A stretch of DNA of 64,000 nucleotides from Octopus vulgaris (Eukaryota), in NCBI GenBank assembly GCA_951406725.2, contig OX597818.1:63798001-63862000 (forward strand), read 5' to 3'. The notes under the pieces were generated by a model. That model ran no database searches. It worked only from the letters and a program-made list of their open reading frames with translations, and was not told where the DNA came from. The position numbers and the translations under genes were made by a program. Positions 1 through 15,070 of this stretch are shown piece after piece. How positions within the stretch are numbered: the stretch's first letter is position 1; each line of letters starts with the position of its first letter.

Positions 1-1258
1 CCTCCAAAAGACGTACACAATACGTTTGACGATTACTAAGAGACGATTTTTAAATTTCATTTCTCGTTAATCTATTTCCTGCGAGTATTAATCTGAAGAA
101 AACGCAAATGCATTCATCTGTAATTGTTATATCTAAAGAAGTACATTCATGATTAAAGAAAAAAATATAGGTGTGTTGCTTGTGCGCATGTAGGACTGCA
201 TACATATGTGAGTGCGCACTTGTGTTTGTTTGCAGTTGTGTGCGTGGGCGCATGTGTGTGCTTGCAAGCGTGCATTCGTCTGTGTGCAGGAGTGTGTTGG
301 TAGAGAATGACCAAACTGCTGAATATTTTTAATTCTCATGCATCTCCCAGCTTTTATGAAGCTGCGCTGCATCTTACACAAATGTCATTTACCTTCACCA
401 CTTGTCAACCCATTAGTTAAGAGGGGAATTTCGTCGGTTGAAATTGTATAGAAATCCATCCAGTTGTTCAGATTTAACTGGGAAATCATTGTCGTATTCG
501 TTGTCATTCAGATTCTTAGAAAAACCCTAAATTTACCTGATGTCAGTGGAATTCTCTGACAGTTATTTATTTCAAGTTCAGATAATTCATTTAATGAGAA
601 AAAATTAACCCGCGTTGTTGAATGTTTTGAGATCACTACACCTCTTGCACATAAATACGCTTAGATACAAGGCACATCTCTTTATTACAAGCTCTACTTT
701 TTGAAAAATCGATTATAATTCCTTTATTGCAGATTTCTTGTCATTTGAAACACTTAATATTATGCTGTGTGTAAGCGTTCTAACCAACCCCAAATTTGAA
801 ACTTAATCGACTTCACATTTATGTTCGTTCTCTATTGGTTTTGCTTGTCACTCTTCGTCTAGAGTACATTATTATCTTGAAGGTAGGTTCATATGATTTC
901 CGGTTGACGTTTCTCCCTAGCAATTTGTTTTTCGTTAGATATGTAGTTTGGATTTGAGATTCAATAGTAATAAAACTTTTGGAAGAGTTAGACACAAGCG
1001 GACTTCACGATGACTTCATGTGCGAATTCTTGATGTATTTTCTGAAAACTATATCAGTTTGTAAGTAATTTCTGAAGATTGACACGTTATTGAGGATTCA
1101 ATTGAAAGCTTCTTGTAATGAGAAATGGATTACATTTCCTTAAGCCTTAATTTATTGAAAGACTCCTTATTAAATTCGTAAAGTATTTTCCTCGTAACTG
1201 TTGTTTGCATGATACGGCTTTCCGTAAATATATTATATAGTATATAGTATATAGTATA

Positions 1259-1650
1259 GGCGCAGGAGTGGCTGTGTGGTAAGTAGCTTGCTAACCAGCC
1301 ACATGGTTCTGGGTTCAGTCCCACTGCGTGGCATCTTGGGCAGGTGTCTTCTGCTGTAACCCCGGGCCGACCAATGCCTTGTGAGTGGATTTGGTAGACG
1401 GAAACTGAAAGAAGCCTGTCGTATATATGTATATATATATAAGTGTGTGTGTATATGTTTGTGTGTCTGTGTTTGTCCCCCTAGCATTGCTTGACAACCG
1501 ATGCTGGTTCAGCAAAAGAGACCGATAGAATAAGTACTGGGCTTACAAAGAATAAGTCCCGGGGTCGATTTGCTCGACTAAAGGCGGTGCTCCAGCATGG
1601 CCGCAGTCAAATGACTGAAACAAGTAAAAGAGTAATAGAGTAAAGAGTAG
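1259..1650 (+). mobile_element. tRNA-headed SINE, family A (internal (TA)n/(TG)n tract, GTAAAAGA-type tail)
   Basis: A-box-like TGGCTGTGTGG and B-box-like GGTTCAGTCC head; body and tail recur at 6130, 13777, 14565, 14835, 32350, 46470, 52085 and 58869. Confidence 0.85.
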
Positions 1651-3286
1651 AATATATCAAAGTCTTTGTCAGTAAACTATTATGTGTAGTGCCATTGTAT
1701 TATTCAGAGCTTTCTAATAAAAAAAACATGTACAGCAGATAAGTGTGTCATGTTTAATTCGCACGATGTCTCCATTAAAAAAAGCGGGAAGTAATAATTT
1801 CTGTCTGGGAAATTATCTTGTTTTGCTTAGACGGAGATTGTTCGAAATAAATTTGTTTCCGGAAAAAAAGAAAAGTTTTTTACCTATGTTGAAGAATCAT
1901 GATTTTCATATTATCCATTAGTAAACAAATAAATAATTCTCATTATTTACTTATTTTATATGTTTTCTAATAAACAACCATCGAAAGACGAACACAGCAG
2001 CCTCAACGATCGCCATGACAAATTTTTAAATTTCAATTTACATTAATCTTTTATGTGTATATATTAATGTAAAGAAGACGCATGTGCATCCATCTGCTGT
2101 TTTACATGGAATCATTACATTTCTCAGAAATTATGATTCACAACAAACATACATTTTAATATTTAGTATATGTATTTGTATTATAAATTTTAACTTATTT
2201 TCTGTGCCTTAAAATTCTCAGCTATTTTACCAATCCACGTAACTGGCGACATTTTTACAAACAGAAATACGCCAAGGAAATCTTTTCTTTATTTATCTCA
2301 AATATTGTATTGTTTTCCCATCATGATTTCCTCTGTAATAGTCAATCTATCCTACCACTAAATTATTGTATCTAAAAAATGCTTGAAACAAAATAGCATA
2401 CTGTGACTTGAATGTTGGGCGTTCAACCTTAGTTGGATGCTGGGAGCCCCACATTTTAGACACGGAATATGTCTGGCAGCCTATTGCTTCATAGAAACAG
2501 GTGAGAGCGAATGAGGTTTGAAAATAAAAATGTTTATCTCTTACAAGTCTTTTCTTTCATTACACTGGAGGAAAGTTCAGTGCTTTATCTACTAGCGTTA
2601 TTCGTTAACACTTCTTTTCTCAAACAATAAAGTCTAGACCAACCAATCCGACAAACAAAGTGGAAACTAGTATCCAATTAGCTTTATTGTTGTAAACTTC
2701 TGAACAACAAAGAATGACTCAGCCCATCGTATATACATTTGTCAGACTATCGCAGCTTTGTGGAAGCCGCGCCATTGGTCGTATAGAAGAGTTAGGCCTA
2801 TATACCAACTGGGTGAATGGCTTCACATCATCTTCAATATGCTGAAAATGCATTGCACAGCACAATGTCTGTTTGCAGAAATGCAATAATGAATATAAGT
2901 ATTTATTTCGGAATATATCATAACATTATTCGAAATTAAAAAAAATAACACGGCAGAGCGAGGGAGCCTGATGATTTCCACGAAATTTGATGTTAATAGG
3001 GCTAAACCTTACTGATTTGAAGCGGCTAACAACGATTTCGTGTTACTGAAAGATAAAGAGAAGTGACTCGTTCCCTATAATGAAAACGTGAAAACAAAGA
3101 AATCAGCTTTCTTGATTCTTGTAAAGATTATAACCTTCATATGTTTTTTTTTCTCCTAAACCCGCTATTCCTTCGCTTCTCAAACTCATATCTACGAGCT
3201 GTAACATCAGGGGAAAGCGTCAACCGTCGTTGCGCCCCTTAAAATAAGATTGAATACATTTGAGTTAGACGATTAGTAGTTTATAT

Positions 3287-3587
3287 TGTATGTTTCTTCT
3301 CGAGCCATGCCTGGCTAATAAGGGCCGGTTTCCCGGTTTCATTGGTGTATAGGTTCCCCGTCTTGGCGGGACGCCAATCTGTCTCGGTTGACATGCTATA
3401 TGCAGGAGGAAAGAGTGAGAGAAAGTTGTGACGAAGGAGACAGTGCGAATTCGCCATTAACTTCGGCAGGACGCGCATGAAGCTTAGGTCTTTCGATCGT
3501 AAACATGCACATCGCCTGGTCTGAAATTAGAACCCACGATCCATCGACCGCGAGTCCGCTGCTCTAACCACTAGGCCATGCGTCTCC
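3287..3587 (-). mobile_element. tRNA-headed SINE, head C + tail Y
   Basis: Reverse complement of the 16209 copy; TSD AGTA(G/T)TTTATAT at 3275-3286 and 3588-3599. Confidence 0.85.
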
Positions 3588-4882
3588 AGTATTTTATATA
3601 GCACAGGAATATAGATTTGAATATGTGTAAATCATCATTTGATTTGAGCAGTAAATAAATATATTTAAAATGTTTATACACAATTTCCTATCATTTTATG
3701 AATTTATTGGTATTGCTATTCCTATGATTATAGCAACAGAATATGTCAGAAGAATTAATAATAGATTATGTAGCCGAGTCCGAAAGTGATTTGCTTGCAA
3801 GTTTGATTGCAGATAGAACACAAGTAACTATTTAAAGAAGGAATTGATGACTTAACACTTTGTGTAATCGATTTGGACAGAATATGTTTAATATCACATA
3901 TATTTTTATTATTTGATTTAATTGAAGAATAGTTTCGTTTTAGATGAATACACCGAGAAGCTGTACAAAAATATATCCTTAGGTCAGTATATGGCTTCCC
4001 TTGTTACGTTTGTTTTAGCGCATCGATCGAATCCCACAATAATCTTGGTACTCGTTTTTTTCTGTTTTTTGTTACGTATGGCCAATCAGAAAACAATTAT
4101 TTCAACTTGAGCGTTTAAAGAGCAAAAATACAAAATGTGTAATGATAAAATCGAGCTAAATATCTATTCTCGTTATGGACTGCAAGACTAGTGATGTTGC
4201 TATTCAGCATTTAAAAATAACTGGAATGATAGAATTGTTCTATATGCAACATTTTATTGCGACGCATACAAATAAAACGGAAAGGAAATATATTCTGAAT
4301 AGAATTTTCAAGAATGGGACATAATATTATTTCAAAGCATATTTCCTCAAATATATTCAGTAACCAAAATATTCAGAAATATTCTAAGAATATTTAGAAT
4401 TTACTACTAATATATGTAACGCGCACGCAGTATGGCGACAGAGATGTTCCTATTCAGCAGAGATCAAAGATATATTCTATGTGGTATAACTATTGTTTAT
4501 CAGAGAAATATTGTTTATTTGTGAAATGTTGGATATATTTAAAAGTTGTTGAACGAAATGAACTTTCTTTGGTCTATGTGATATTTCAATGAGAACATCA
4601 GATTCAAACTAAACATCGATAGTTATTTAATATTAACAAAGAAAAATACGAATTGAAATAAAATACCTGCGAAATGTATGTGAATATGTAACTATGTGAG
4701 ATATTTTCAAGTTTAATGGAAATTATTCTGTTCGTAAAGTTATTAATTTGGATGTTTCTTGGAATTTATTTTCACGCATATCTATATTTATATATTTATC
4801 TATTCATCTGTCAATCTGTATATATCTGTTGCTGTGTGTGCGTGTGTGAGTTACTCTTTCTCTATATTTAAATAATGTGTGT

Positions 4883-4919
<37 letters not shown>

Positions 4920-4975
4920 TGTATATATATCTATCTGTACATATATCAATATGTGTGCTTATGAGTGTATGGATA

Positions 4976-5039
<64 letters not shown>

Positions 5040-5429
5040 TATATATAGATAGATAGTTAGATAGATTTAGTTTCAATTGATATACATATAGACAGTTTAT
5101 AAATATTCGGTATTGTAAATATTATCTTTTAAAATATGCTATTCAATCACAATGCTTATCAAAATGCGCAGGATTTAATTAATGGATTGATTATCATAAG
5201 ATAAGATCTAATAATATTCCGCATTGCGTTATTTAGAAAATATTTAAAACAAATTCATGACACGTGCTTTAAAATATATTGAAAACAATGATGTTTGTTT
5301 AATATATATATATATATATATATACTCTCACTGTCAATAAGGAAGAGAACGTTAATTATTTAGAAAAATAAATAAAAAGAAGAGTGCCTTTTAGAAGTGT
5401 AATGTTTTTTAAAGACTTATTGTAATATA

Positions 5430-6095
5430 TGCCTTATCTATAACAGGTGGGAGTAGAGTAGAAGCTAAAAGCTATCGGCCCATCACTTTAATTTCACCTT
5501 TCACCAAAACCATGGAACAAATCGTTAGAAATAAACTATCATTTGTAGTAAAATATGACTTAAACGATATTCAGCACGACTATTGAAGCTACCTCACACA
5601 GACCTTGCGACACAATCACTGAGTTTTCAAGCAGCTGCTCGATCACATAAATGCCCATGTGCTGTGTCTTCACTTTTTAAAGACATCTGACGAGGTAGGG
5701 TATTTATTAAGATCCTTCAGGACCTGAGATCAAGATGCCCTGTTGACACTGTGGATTACCTGTTTCAGCTGTGGTGGAATCGTAGCGCCAAAAATGTGTT
5801 AAAAGAGCGGAGTTAGAAGAGATTCAACATCACCGCACCACACTAAATGAATTGCACCAATGCAACAGATCAACTACTGAGTGATGCTGAAAAAACTACG
5901 ATTTACATCCTGCAGCGAAATACTCAGGAACAGATAATAACGTACATATGGAAAATTCTGGAGGGGCTAGTACGTAGTTTTGACATCGAGTATCATACAA
6001 ATGCCCGGAGGTTAGGAGCTGGCTTCCAAAACATATGTTTCCGCGTTCGGTCCCATGAGGTAACTTGGACTACTCTGGACTTGTACTGACCAAAA
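5430..6095 (+). mobile_element. Degenerate CR1-group LINE ORF2 (RT) remnant
   Basis: Translates to GGSRVEAKSYRPITLISPFTKTMEQIVRNKL (YRPISL motif), a decayed LDFxKAFDxV (LHFLKTSDEV) and C-terminal YIWKILEGLV; contains stops and deletions. Confidence 0.75.
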
Positions 6096-6129
6096 TGTAA
6101 GAGGATTAGTTTGACGAAGCTTGAACTAT

Positions 6130-6145
6130 GACAGACGTATATATA

Positions 6146-6183
<38 letters not shown>

Positions 6184-6412
6184 TGTATACAGGGGTATAT
6201 ATATATGCGTGAGTGTAATATATATGTATGTATATGTATTTGCGTGTGTGTGTCTTTGTGTCACTGCTTGTCACCCACCAGTGCTTGATAACTGCTGTTG
6301 GTGTGTTTATGTCCCCGCAATTAGCGAATAGGCATAAGCGACCTATAGAATGCGTATCAATCCATCCATGAATGGGTTCCTCATTCCATAGCCGTAGTTT
6401 AACGACTGAAAC
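6130..6412 (+). mobile_element. Degenerate SINE A, 3' part
   Basis: Microsatellite followed by GCTTGATAACTGCTGTTGGTGTGTTTATGTCCC...GACTGAAACA, matching family A. Confidence 0.6.
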
Positions 6413-7395
6413 ATGTGCGAGTAATTCTATAAAGCCTCTTACACTGTTGTCATTAAAAGCTGAGTAAAATACATTAGCATGCGTTTACGGCCAATACTTC
6501 GAACCGTACCTCCGTATCTATGGCTGCTGTTTTACGGCTGTATATCAGTGCATTATGTTAAGTATAACAATCTCAAAACGAGCTACTTTAAATCAGTATT
6601 GCATTGTAGTTGCCCGAGGAAACGTAATCAGTTCGTAAACGGCAGAGATCACTACGGAATCAATGTGGGGTAAATTTGAAGACAAAGCAATCACTACGTT
6701 CATCGTATTTTAAGATCTCTTCAAATGTACTCATTTACACACCAACAAATGAAGGGTCTATCGTGAGCTTAATTTAGGCTTAGGAAAGTTTTCGTTGTAA
6801 AAAAGGATGCAAAAAGGAAATACGACAAATTTTAAATAGTAAGCAATACAATTCTGTCACATTCAAATCTTTTACGAATCATTTATGCCTTGATGTGCGG
6901 AGGGGCTCTGTGGAGTTAAGTGTATAAGGCATTAGATTTGAAACAGGTTATATAATAAATACTAATATATGTGGTGTTAAGCATCAGGTAAAAATAGAAA
7001 TTATATCTCACATCGCTCCAACTCTGTCGTTTGTGATTGTTTCACAAAAATATCGTCAAATCTTGGAAATCATTTCTTTAGAATTCAAATTCTAAACTGG
7101 TACAAATTCTTTAAATACATGGTGTCTAGAGTCCAATTAGCTGCTGATATAATTTAAGCGTTCGAAACTCCTGGATTACAGCTGCATATGACTCTGTAAT
7201 GTTGCTCTGTAATGGATTCCTATGTAGTCAGTCAGATTAGTTCGGATTACTAGCGCAGAAAGTTATAGCTGGGATAATGGTTATGGAGCCATTACAGATT
7301 TCCGATATAGCGGATAATTGTTAAAGAAGACAACAATAATATCTTATATGACCTGAGATGCCTGTCTTGCCTTAACGTTTGTTATACTCCTTATC

Positions 7396-7450
<55 letters not shown>

Positions 7451-7485
7451 TATATACGTACATGCAAAAGTACATAGGTTTTATA

Positions 7486-7539
<54 letters not shown>

Positions 7540-7574
7540 AGTATGCATGATTGTATGTATTTTATTTCTAATCA

Positions 7575-7976
7575 AAAGGTAAAAAAAAACACAATAAGAA
7601 AGAGAAAGAACAACGCGAGGTCATAGCACATGTAAATAATTAACAGATTCTCAAGGAAGGAATGAAAGTTAGTTTTACATTTCGAACCAAGCTCTTCTTC
7701 GGAATAGGAGACAGAGGAAGGTAGAGAGAGCCAAAAATTACAGAGAGTGGAAGTAGAAGAGAAGATAGTTCGAGGGAAGGCGAGTTAAAGAGGAAGAGTC
7801 AATGAAAAATTGTGATGATTCACAATCATGGTGCAGAAATAGCGTAATCTAAATGAATAAGGTAACTCCAATGCCAGTCGGAAGGACGGTGGTCGGTCCG
7901 AGTGTGCAGTAAATATTTAATCACAAAAACTGAAGAAAAAACACAGGAAGATAAAACACGAGTACATGGTACGTGC
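7575..7976 (-). mobile_element. Short PLE pLTR-like element with decayed HHR, between (TA)n tracts
   Basis: Similar to 49853-50062; minus strand 7672-7706 reads CCGAAGA-A-GAGC-TTG-GTTC-GAAAT-GTA. Confidence 0.5.
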
Positions 7977-8011
7977 ATATATATATATATATATATATAT
8001 TAATTATATAT

Positions 8012-8062
<51 letters not shown>

Positions 8063-8175
8063 CAAAGCAATTAAGATTCAAGTCAATTCCAAATTTACTT
8101 GAATGTGGTACTTAACTTAGATGCACCAGAAAAACTGTATGGTGTTAACCATACAGTAATGTGGGGTGATTATAA

Positions 8176-8310
8176 ACGAGAAAGAAGCGACAAGAAGCTG
8201 ATGAGTACGGGACACTTTTATCTGCTGCAATTTTTGCAACTTGTAATAAAGCCTGTCTTTGTATGAAACAAATGTACTAAAAACTAATCCATTCTTGTTG
8301 CTTCTTTCTC

Positions 8311-8312
<2 letters not shown>
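8176..8312 (+). ncRNA. Candidate type-I hammerhead ribozyme within a (TA)n-flanked element (about 8061-8312)
   Basis: CTGATGA 8198-8204; stem II GTACGGGAC/GTCTTTGTAT; GAAAC 8265-8269; GTA triplet 8274-8276; enclosed by a 21-bp inverted repeat 8176-8196/8292-8312. Confidence 0.6.
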
Positions 8313-8343
<31 letters not shown>

Positions 8344-8493
8344 AGAGAAAGAGAGAGAGAGAGAGAGATGTAGATACATGTATACATACGTATTCATTTG
8401 TTCATTTGTTATAGAAATATTGTTACTTATTTGACTATTTGCAACTTGTAATAAAGCCTGTCTTTGTATGAAACAAATGTACTAAAAACTAAT

Positions 8494-8534
<41 letters not shown>

Positions 8535-8629
8535 AGAGAAAGAGAGAGAGAGAGAGAGATGTAGATACATGTATACATACGTATTCATTTGTTCATTTGT
8601 TATAGAAATATTGTTACTTATTTTGACTA
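8233..8629. repeat. About 200-bp direct tandem duplication
   Basis: TTTGCAACTTGTAATAAAGCC...GTTACTTATTT(T)GACTA occurs twice (8233-8437 and 8438-8629). Confidence 0.85.
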
Positions 8630-9225
8630 ATTATTGTAACGAGATTTCTCGCTTCGTGAGTCATGCTGGTAATGATTAATACTCTACGGTAACGATTTCG
8701 TAGAATTTTACGAAATTTTTAAAGATTAGCCAGAATCGTTTTGCAGGCACATCTCCTCAAGCGTACTTTTCTTCCCATAATTTTTTCCCTATATTTTTTC
8801 CCTTATTATTAGTTGAGAAAACAATCAAGACTTCAGGCTAGAATCTCAATATTAATTCATCTTTTGTAAAGGCGTAAAAAGCAATATAAAAAGAAGTATA
8901 TTATTGTGTGCGAGATTTATTGAGACATATGCAGTCAAATCAGTATACTTTAGAAACGGTAAATCGTGTCTTATCTAAAATTCGTAAAATGTTAGGGTAG
9001 GATACAACACTTGGTGGTTTAGAATTGCTATGTAACCGAGTTACGATGTGAAACCAAAGCGAAAAACAAAAAAATACTAAGATGTTTGAAATGCTTTGTA
9101 TAGAAATGGCACAAATTTCTATCGTTCAACATCCCTAAAAAAACCCTATTCAGAGACCTATTAAGTGGGATGGGCTACTTGAGCTGAATAAATTAGCATC
9201 GTTATTGTTGTTTTTGTAGTTGGCC

Positions 9226-10456
<1,231 letters not shown>

Positions 10457-10473
10457 AATATTACAACGCTCAA

Positions 10474-10708
10474 CTAAGGCGGTGAGCTGGCAGAAACGTT
10501 AGCACGCCGGGCGAAATGCGTAGCCGTATTTCGTCTGCCGTTACGTTCTGAGTTCAAATTCCGCCGAGGTCGACTTTGCTTTTCATCCTTTCGGGGTCGA
10601 TAAATTAAGTACCAGTTACGCACTGCGGTCGCTGTAATCGACTTAATAACTTTGTCTGTCCATGTTTGTCCCCTCTGTGTTTAGCCCCTTGTGGGTAGTA
10701 AAGAAATA
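10474..10708 (+). mobile_element. tRNA-headed SINE, family B monomer
   Basis: GAGCTGGCAGAAACG A-box and GAGTTCAAATTCC B-box; 17-bp TSD AATATTACAACGCTCAA at 10457-10473 and 10709-10725. Confidence 0.92.
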
Positions 10709-10940
10709 AATATTACAACGCTCAATGCACAAGTGTACATGGCGTATATTTATAAAGTAGTGCATCTTATTTTCTTTCATATATGTCATTAACTCATTTA
10801 TTTGTATGCCTTGCTATCATACCTTGATTCTATACAATTGAGAATTCCGTAGTCTACCGCTTTACCATATTTCCCTTGCAATAAATGTTAAGTTCGAACA
10901 GTTGTAATCTTTACCAAATGCATGACCGTAATACATAGAC

Positions 10941-11146
<206 letters not shown>

Positions 11147-12305
11147 TTGAATGTTTTTAAATAAAAACGATGATGATTGTCAGAATGATTATTATTTGTA
11201 AAAGAAGTTGGGATAAACTCAGTTTGCTATAGACAAAATAGATCCTAAACATCATAACAAAGCAAAACAATATGAAGGTGAAAATAATATACAATACTGA
11301 CAGAAAAGAAAAAATAATATTTACGAAAAAATATGTGGATTTACTGAGAGAATAATACGACGATTTGTATTACTGCAGGCCTTTTCATTATCTTTGAATA
11401 ACAAATAACTTAGAATGACGATGTTTGTGTTTATTTCTGATTTAGTTGGCAGGTGGTATGATTTCTTTGAAATAAGTAGATAATAAAAATCATCCTAATT
11501 ATGGGTGTGCTAGTGCACTAACTTAGTGTTACTACGAGATTTTGGTTAATATTCCTCTGGCCATTGGTTTTGCAATGTAGAAATATTTTTACATACCGAA
11601 GAGTCGACGTCCGTTACTAGACTTCAAATTTTGTAGACATTAGACGACATAAATAAATGCTTTGAAGTGCTGTTTACTCACAATTTGGAACTAATTTCCT
11701 TTATTCTGGTAATGTGTATATCTATTGTTTCAAATTATAAACAAAATTTATAGGTCTATTATTTCACAATTGTAGGAAGCCAGTACAGTGGAATATACAA
11801 GCGTTGTAACGAGATCCTATTGTGCACTGGTGAAATTATATTCATTAAATTAACAGAGCAACATTTATTTAAATAAAATTTTCTTTTCGCTTAATCTATA
11901 TTAGATTTAGATAATTATAAAGCCAGATAAAATACTCATGAATCAGATCAGGGATTAATGTAGATCTTATCCACAATATGCATATCTCTGATTTTAGACT
12001 TTAAGCATTATTTTCTGTAAGTGAAAATATCTAACAGTTGGAAGATTATCTTATAAGCAATAACAGGACGTTAGGATTCATGTGAGATGTAAGGTGCAAT
12101 ATAGACGAAATTTTACACGTGTGTATACCCGCATCTCTATTATATATCAGTGCGTCATTCATGTGAGAATATATACATCAATATATATGTGTGTATGTCT
12201 GTGTGAACGTGTGAGTGTATGCAAGTGTGCTAGTCTTTACGTGCAATCATGTTGCGAAAAGGATGAGAACAATATTGTATATATGTATATATATATATAT
12301 ATATG

Positions 12306-12346
<41 letters not shown>

Positions 12347-13776
12347 ATATATATATATATATATACGTGTGTGTGTGTGTGGTTGTGTGTGTATATATAT
12401 ATGTATTATATTTGTATGCATATGTACCAACATTTATAGGTAAACGCACAAATTGACACACATACATATATGCTTGTTTGCATGTAGATACGTTTACATG
12501 TAAGTATTATTTAGGTGTTGTGCGCGTACATGTGTATATATGACTATATATAAATATATATATATATACGTGTGTGTATGTATATATAAAGTATATACAC
12601 ACAGAGCTACACACTCACACACATATACAAACCCAACAGCTTACATATACACACATAAAACGAACAGATATATATGTGTAACTATAAATGCACGTAAATA
12701 TAGCTCTAAGTATTTTGAAGCCAATAATTTTATCTAGATTTCCAAATCGTAATCTGAGATATGAATCTGCGTCAAGGCGCCTGCTTTATTACAATAGCGG
12801 TTAAACCCCTTGCAGTAAAATGGATACACTTGCAAAAATCACATATTCTAGTTCTTATATTGAAACATAATCCGGTATATTATCAACTTGACAATCACTT
12901 CGCTGCGAAACGTGAAAATTTCTAGAAATTTATTTTACGTAACCGATAAACACAGCCCCTTCAGATAGCTGCACCTAAAACTATCAAACAAGAAATATAA
13001 TCGCGAGATGCAGTTCTATAAAAACAAGTAAGATTTTAGAGCTGATAACCAAATTAATTGGTTCGGGCATGAAACACATGCAAGGAGACCAGTATTTACC
13101 GATGTTAATAGTAATGCAATACAGGGCCGTGAAAATATCCTGTAGAATTCCGCTCCTTTAAACCATATAAAACTATAGCAATATTTTTGATGTATTATTA
13201 ATGGATAGAAGAGAAAAAGGCTTCGCCCTTCTCGATAAAGCAAAAACGGAAAAACAACGAAAGAGAGAGAGTGAGAGAGAGAGAGAGTGAGAAAACACTA
13301 ACATATTTTCAGAGACACCTCAAAATAGCAACATCGGTATATTTTTACAGCATTGTGCGAATGCAAACTTAGCCAAGATAACGTCGTTTTATCTTAACCT
13401 GTCAAACACTCCTTGTATTATCATGCATTATATCTACAATAACCTATATTTTTTCTCCTATAATCAAAAAGAATAATTCTTTTTCTAATCCTATTCTCCC
13501 CTGCAGAAAAAAATTTCAGAATAATTTCCAAAATCATTTTTCTGATACGATATATACTCTATTTTATTTTATTCTTTTTAGAGGGGAACAGCTTAGATAT
13601 TATAACAGATATGATGCATCCGAAAATATAGAATCTCTCTACAGGACTGGACAATTCGAAGATTGATAATCCATGTAATTCACGTAAGTTTTAGCTTCGT
13701 TTTTGTTTGTTGTTGCTGTGCTTATACAACCCTATGTTGTGGAGTGAGCCCTATAAACTTGATAATGAATCGATTA

Positions 13777-14093
13777 CTCTTTTACTTGTTTCAGTCATTT
13801 GATTGCGGCCATGATGGAACACCACCTTTAGTCGAGCAAATCGACCCAGGACTTATTCTTTGGATGCCTAGTACTTATTCTATCGGTCTCTTTTGCCGAA
13901 CCGCTAATATATACGTGGATGTACACACACCAGCATCGGTTGTCAAGCGATGTTGGGAGGACAAACACAGACACACAAACATATACACACACATAAATAC
14001 ATACATATATATGACGGGCTTCTTTCAGTTTCCGACTACCAAATCCACTCACACGGCTTTGGTTGGCCTGCGTCTATAGTAGAAGACACATGC
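13777..14093 (-). mobile_element. SINE A, 5'-truncated
   Basis: Reverse complement of the 1259 copy from the body to the tail. Confidence 0.85.
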
Positions 14094-14564
14094 AGAAATG
14101 CTATTTGTTGATATTTGTTCTTATACATATGTGTGTAAGTATATCTTTAGGTGTATATTACATGTCGTTGCTCCACTGAATAAATGGCTGTTATTTTCAC
14201 TGCAAGTCAATAAATGTGTAACATATCATGAGGGTCAAATCTTATTGCTGTATATGTACATCTCAAATGGACATAGGTTTTTGTATAGAGCAGTGGTGAC
14301 CGATTTCACCTAAACTCGCTGGCTGTGAGAACACGCTATTTAAGAAGCGCATAGAGCCAGAAATACACCCAGCCTTCCAGCTCGCAGCTACTGGGAAGAA
14401 TTTCGTGCACGCGTCCCTAACATATATTCTCTCCGGGTGTATATAATAGAGGCCACGTTATTTTCTTATAGTTCAGATATACTTTCAGAAATCCGGTTCA
14501 GGACAATTCTTGCCTCAGCGATGTTATTGCAGATATATATTTTATGTGTTATACTGTGTTTGTT

Positions 14565-14789
14565 TTAGTCATTTAATGGCGGCTATACTGGAGCACCGCC
14601 TTGCAAAATAGAATTTTGAGTCCACTGAATCGATCGCAGCAATTATTTATTAAAATGCTGGTTCTTAGTCTTTCAGTTTCACCGAACCGTTAATTTTCGT
14701 GAACATAAACACCGCAACCTGCTCTGTCAAGCGGTGGTGGTGGACAAACCCTGGTACAAAGAAGCACACAACACACAGACCCATACAGG

Positions 14790-14800
<11 letters not shown>
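14565..14800 (-). mobile_element. Degenerate SINE A, 3' half
   Basis: TTAGTCATTTAATGGCGGCTATACTGGAGCACCGCC...GTCAAGCGGTGG matches the reverse complement of the family A tail. Confidence 0.7.
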
Positions 14801-14826
<26 letters not shown>

Positions 14827-14834
14827 GTATATAC

Positions 14835-15070
14835 ATGTGTGTGTGTGCATGTTTGGGTGTCTGTTTTATTGTCCCCACCAACATCGCTTGACAACCGATG
14901 CTGGTGTGTTTACATCACCGTAAGTTAGAGGTTCGGCAAAAGATAGCGATAGAATAAGTACCATGCTCACAAAGAATAAATTTTAGTGTCGATTTGCTGG
15001 ACTAAAGGCGATGCTCCAGCATGGCCGTTCTCAAATGACTGAAACAAATAAAAGAAAGAAAGAAAGAAAA
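14835..15070 (+). mobile_element. SINE A, 3' half
   Basis: CGCTTGACAACCGATGCTGG...GCTCCAGCATGGCC...ATGACTGAAACAA. Confidence 0.85.

Noticed and set aside
2968-2990. CTGATGA..GAAA (similar lone motifs near 24610, 35867, 38731 and 63937)
   Set aside because: No stem II/III or no GUH with stem I pairing
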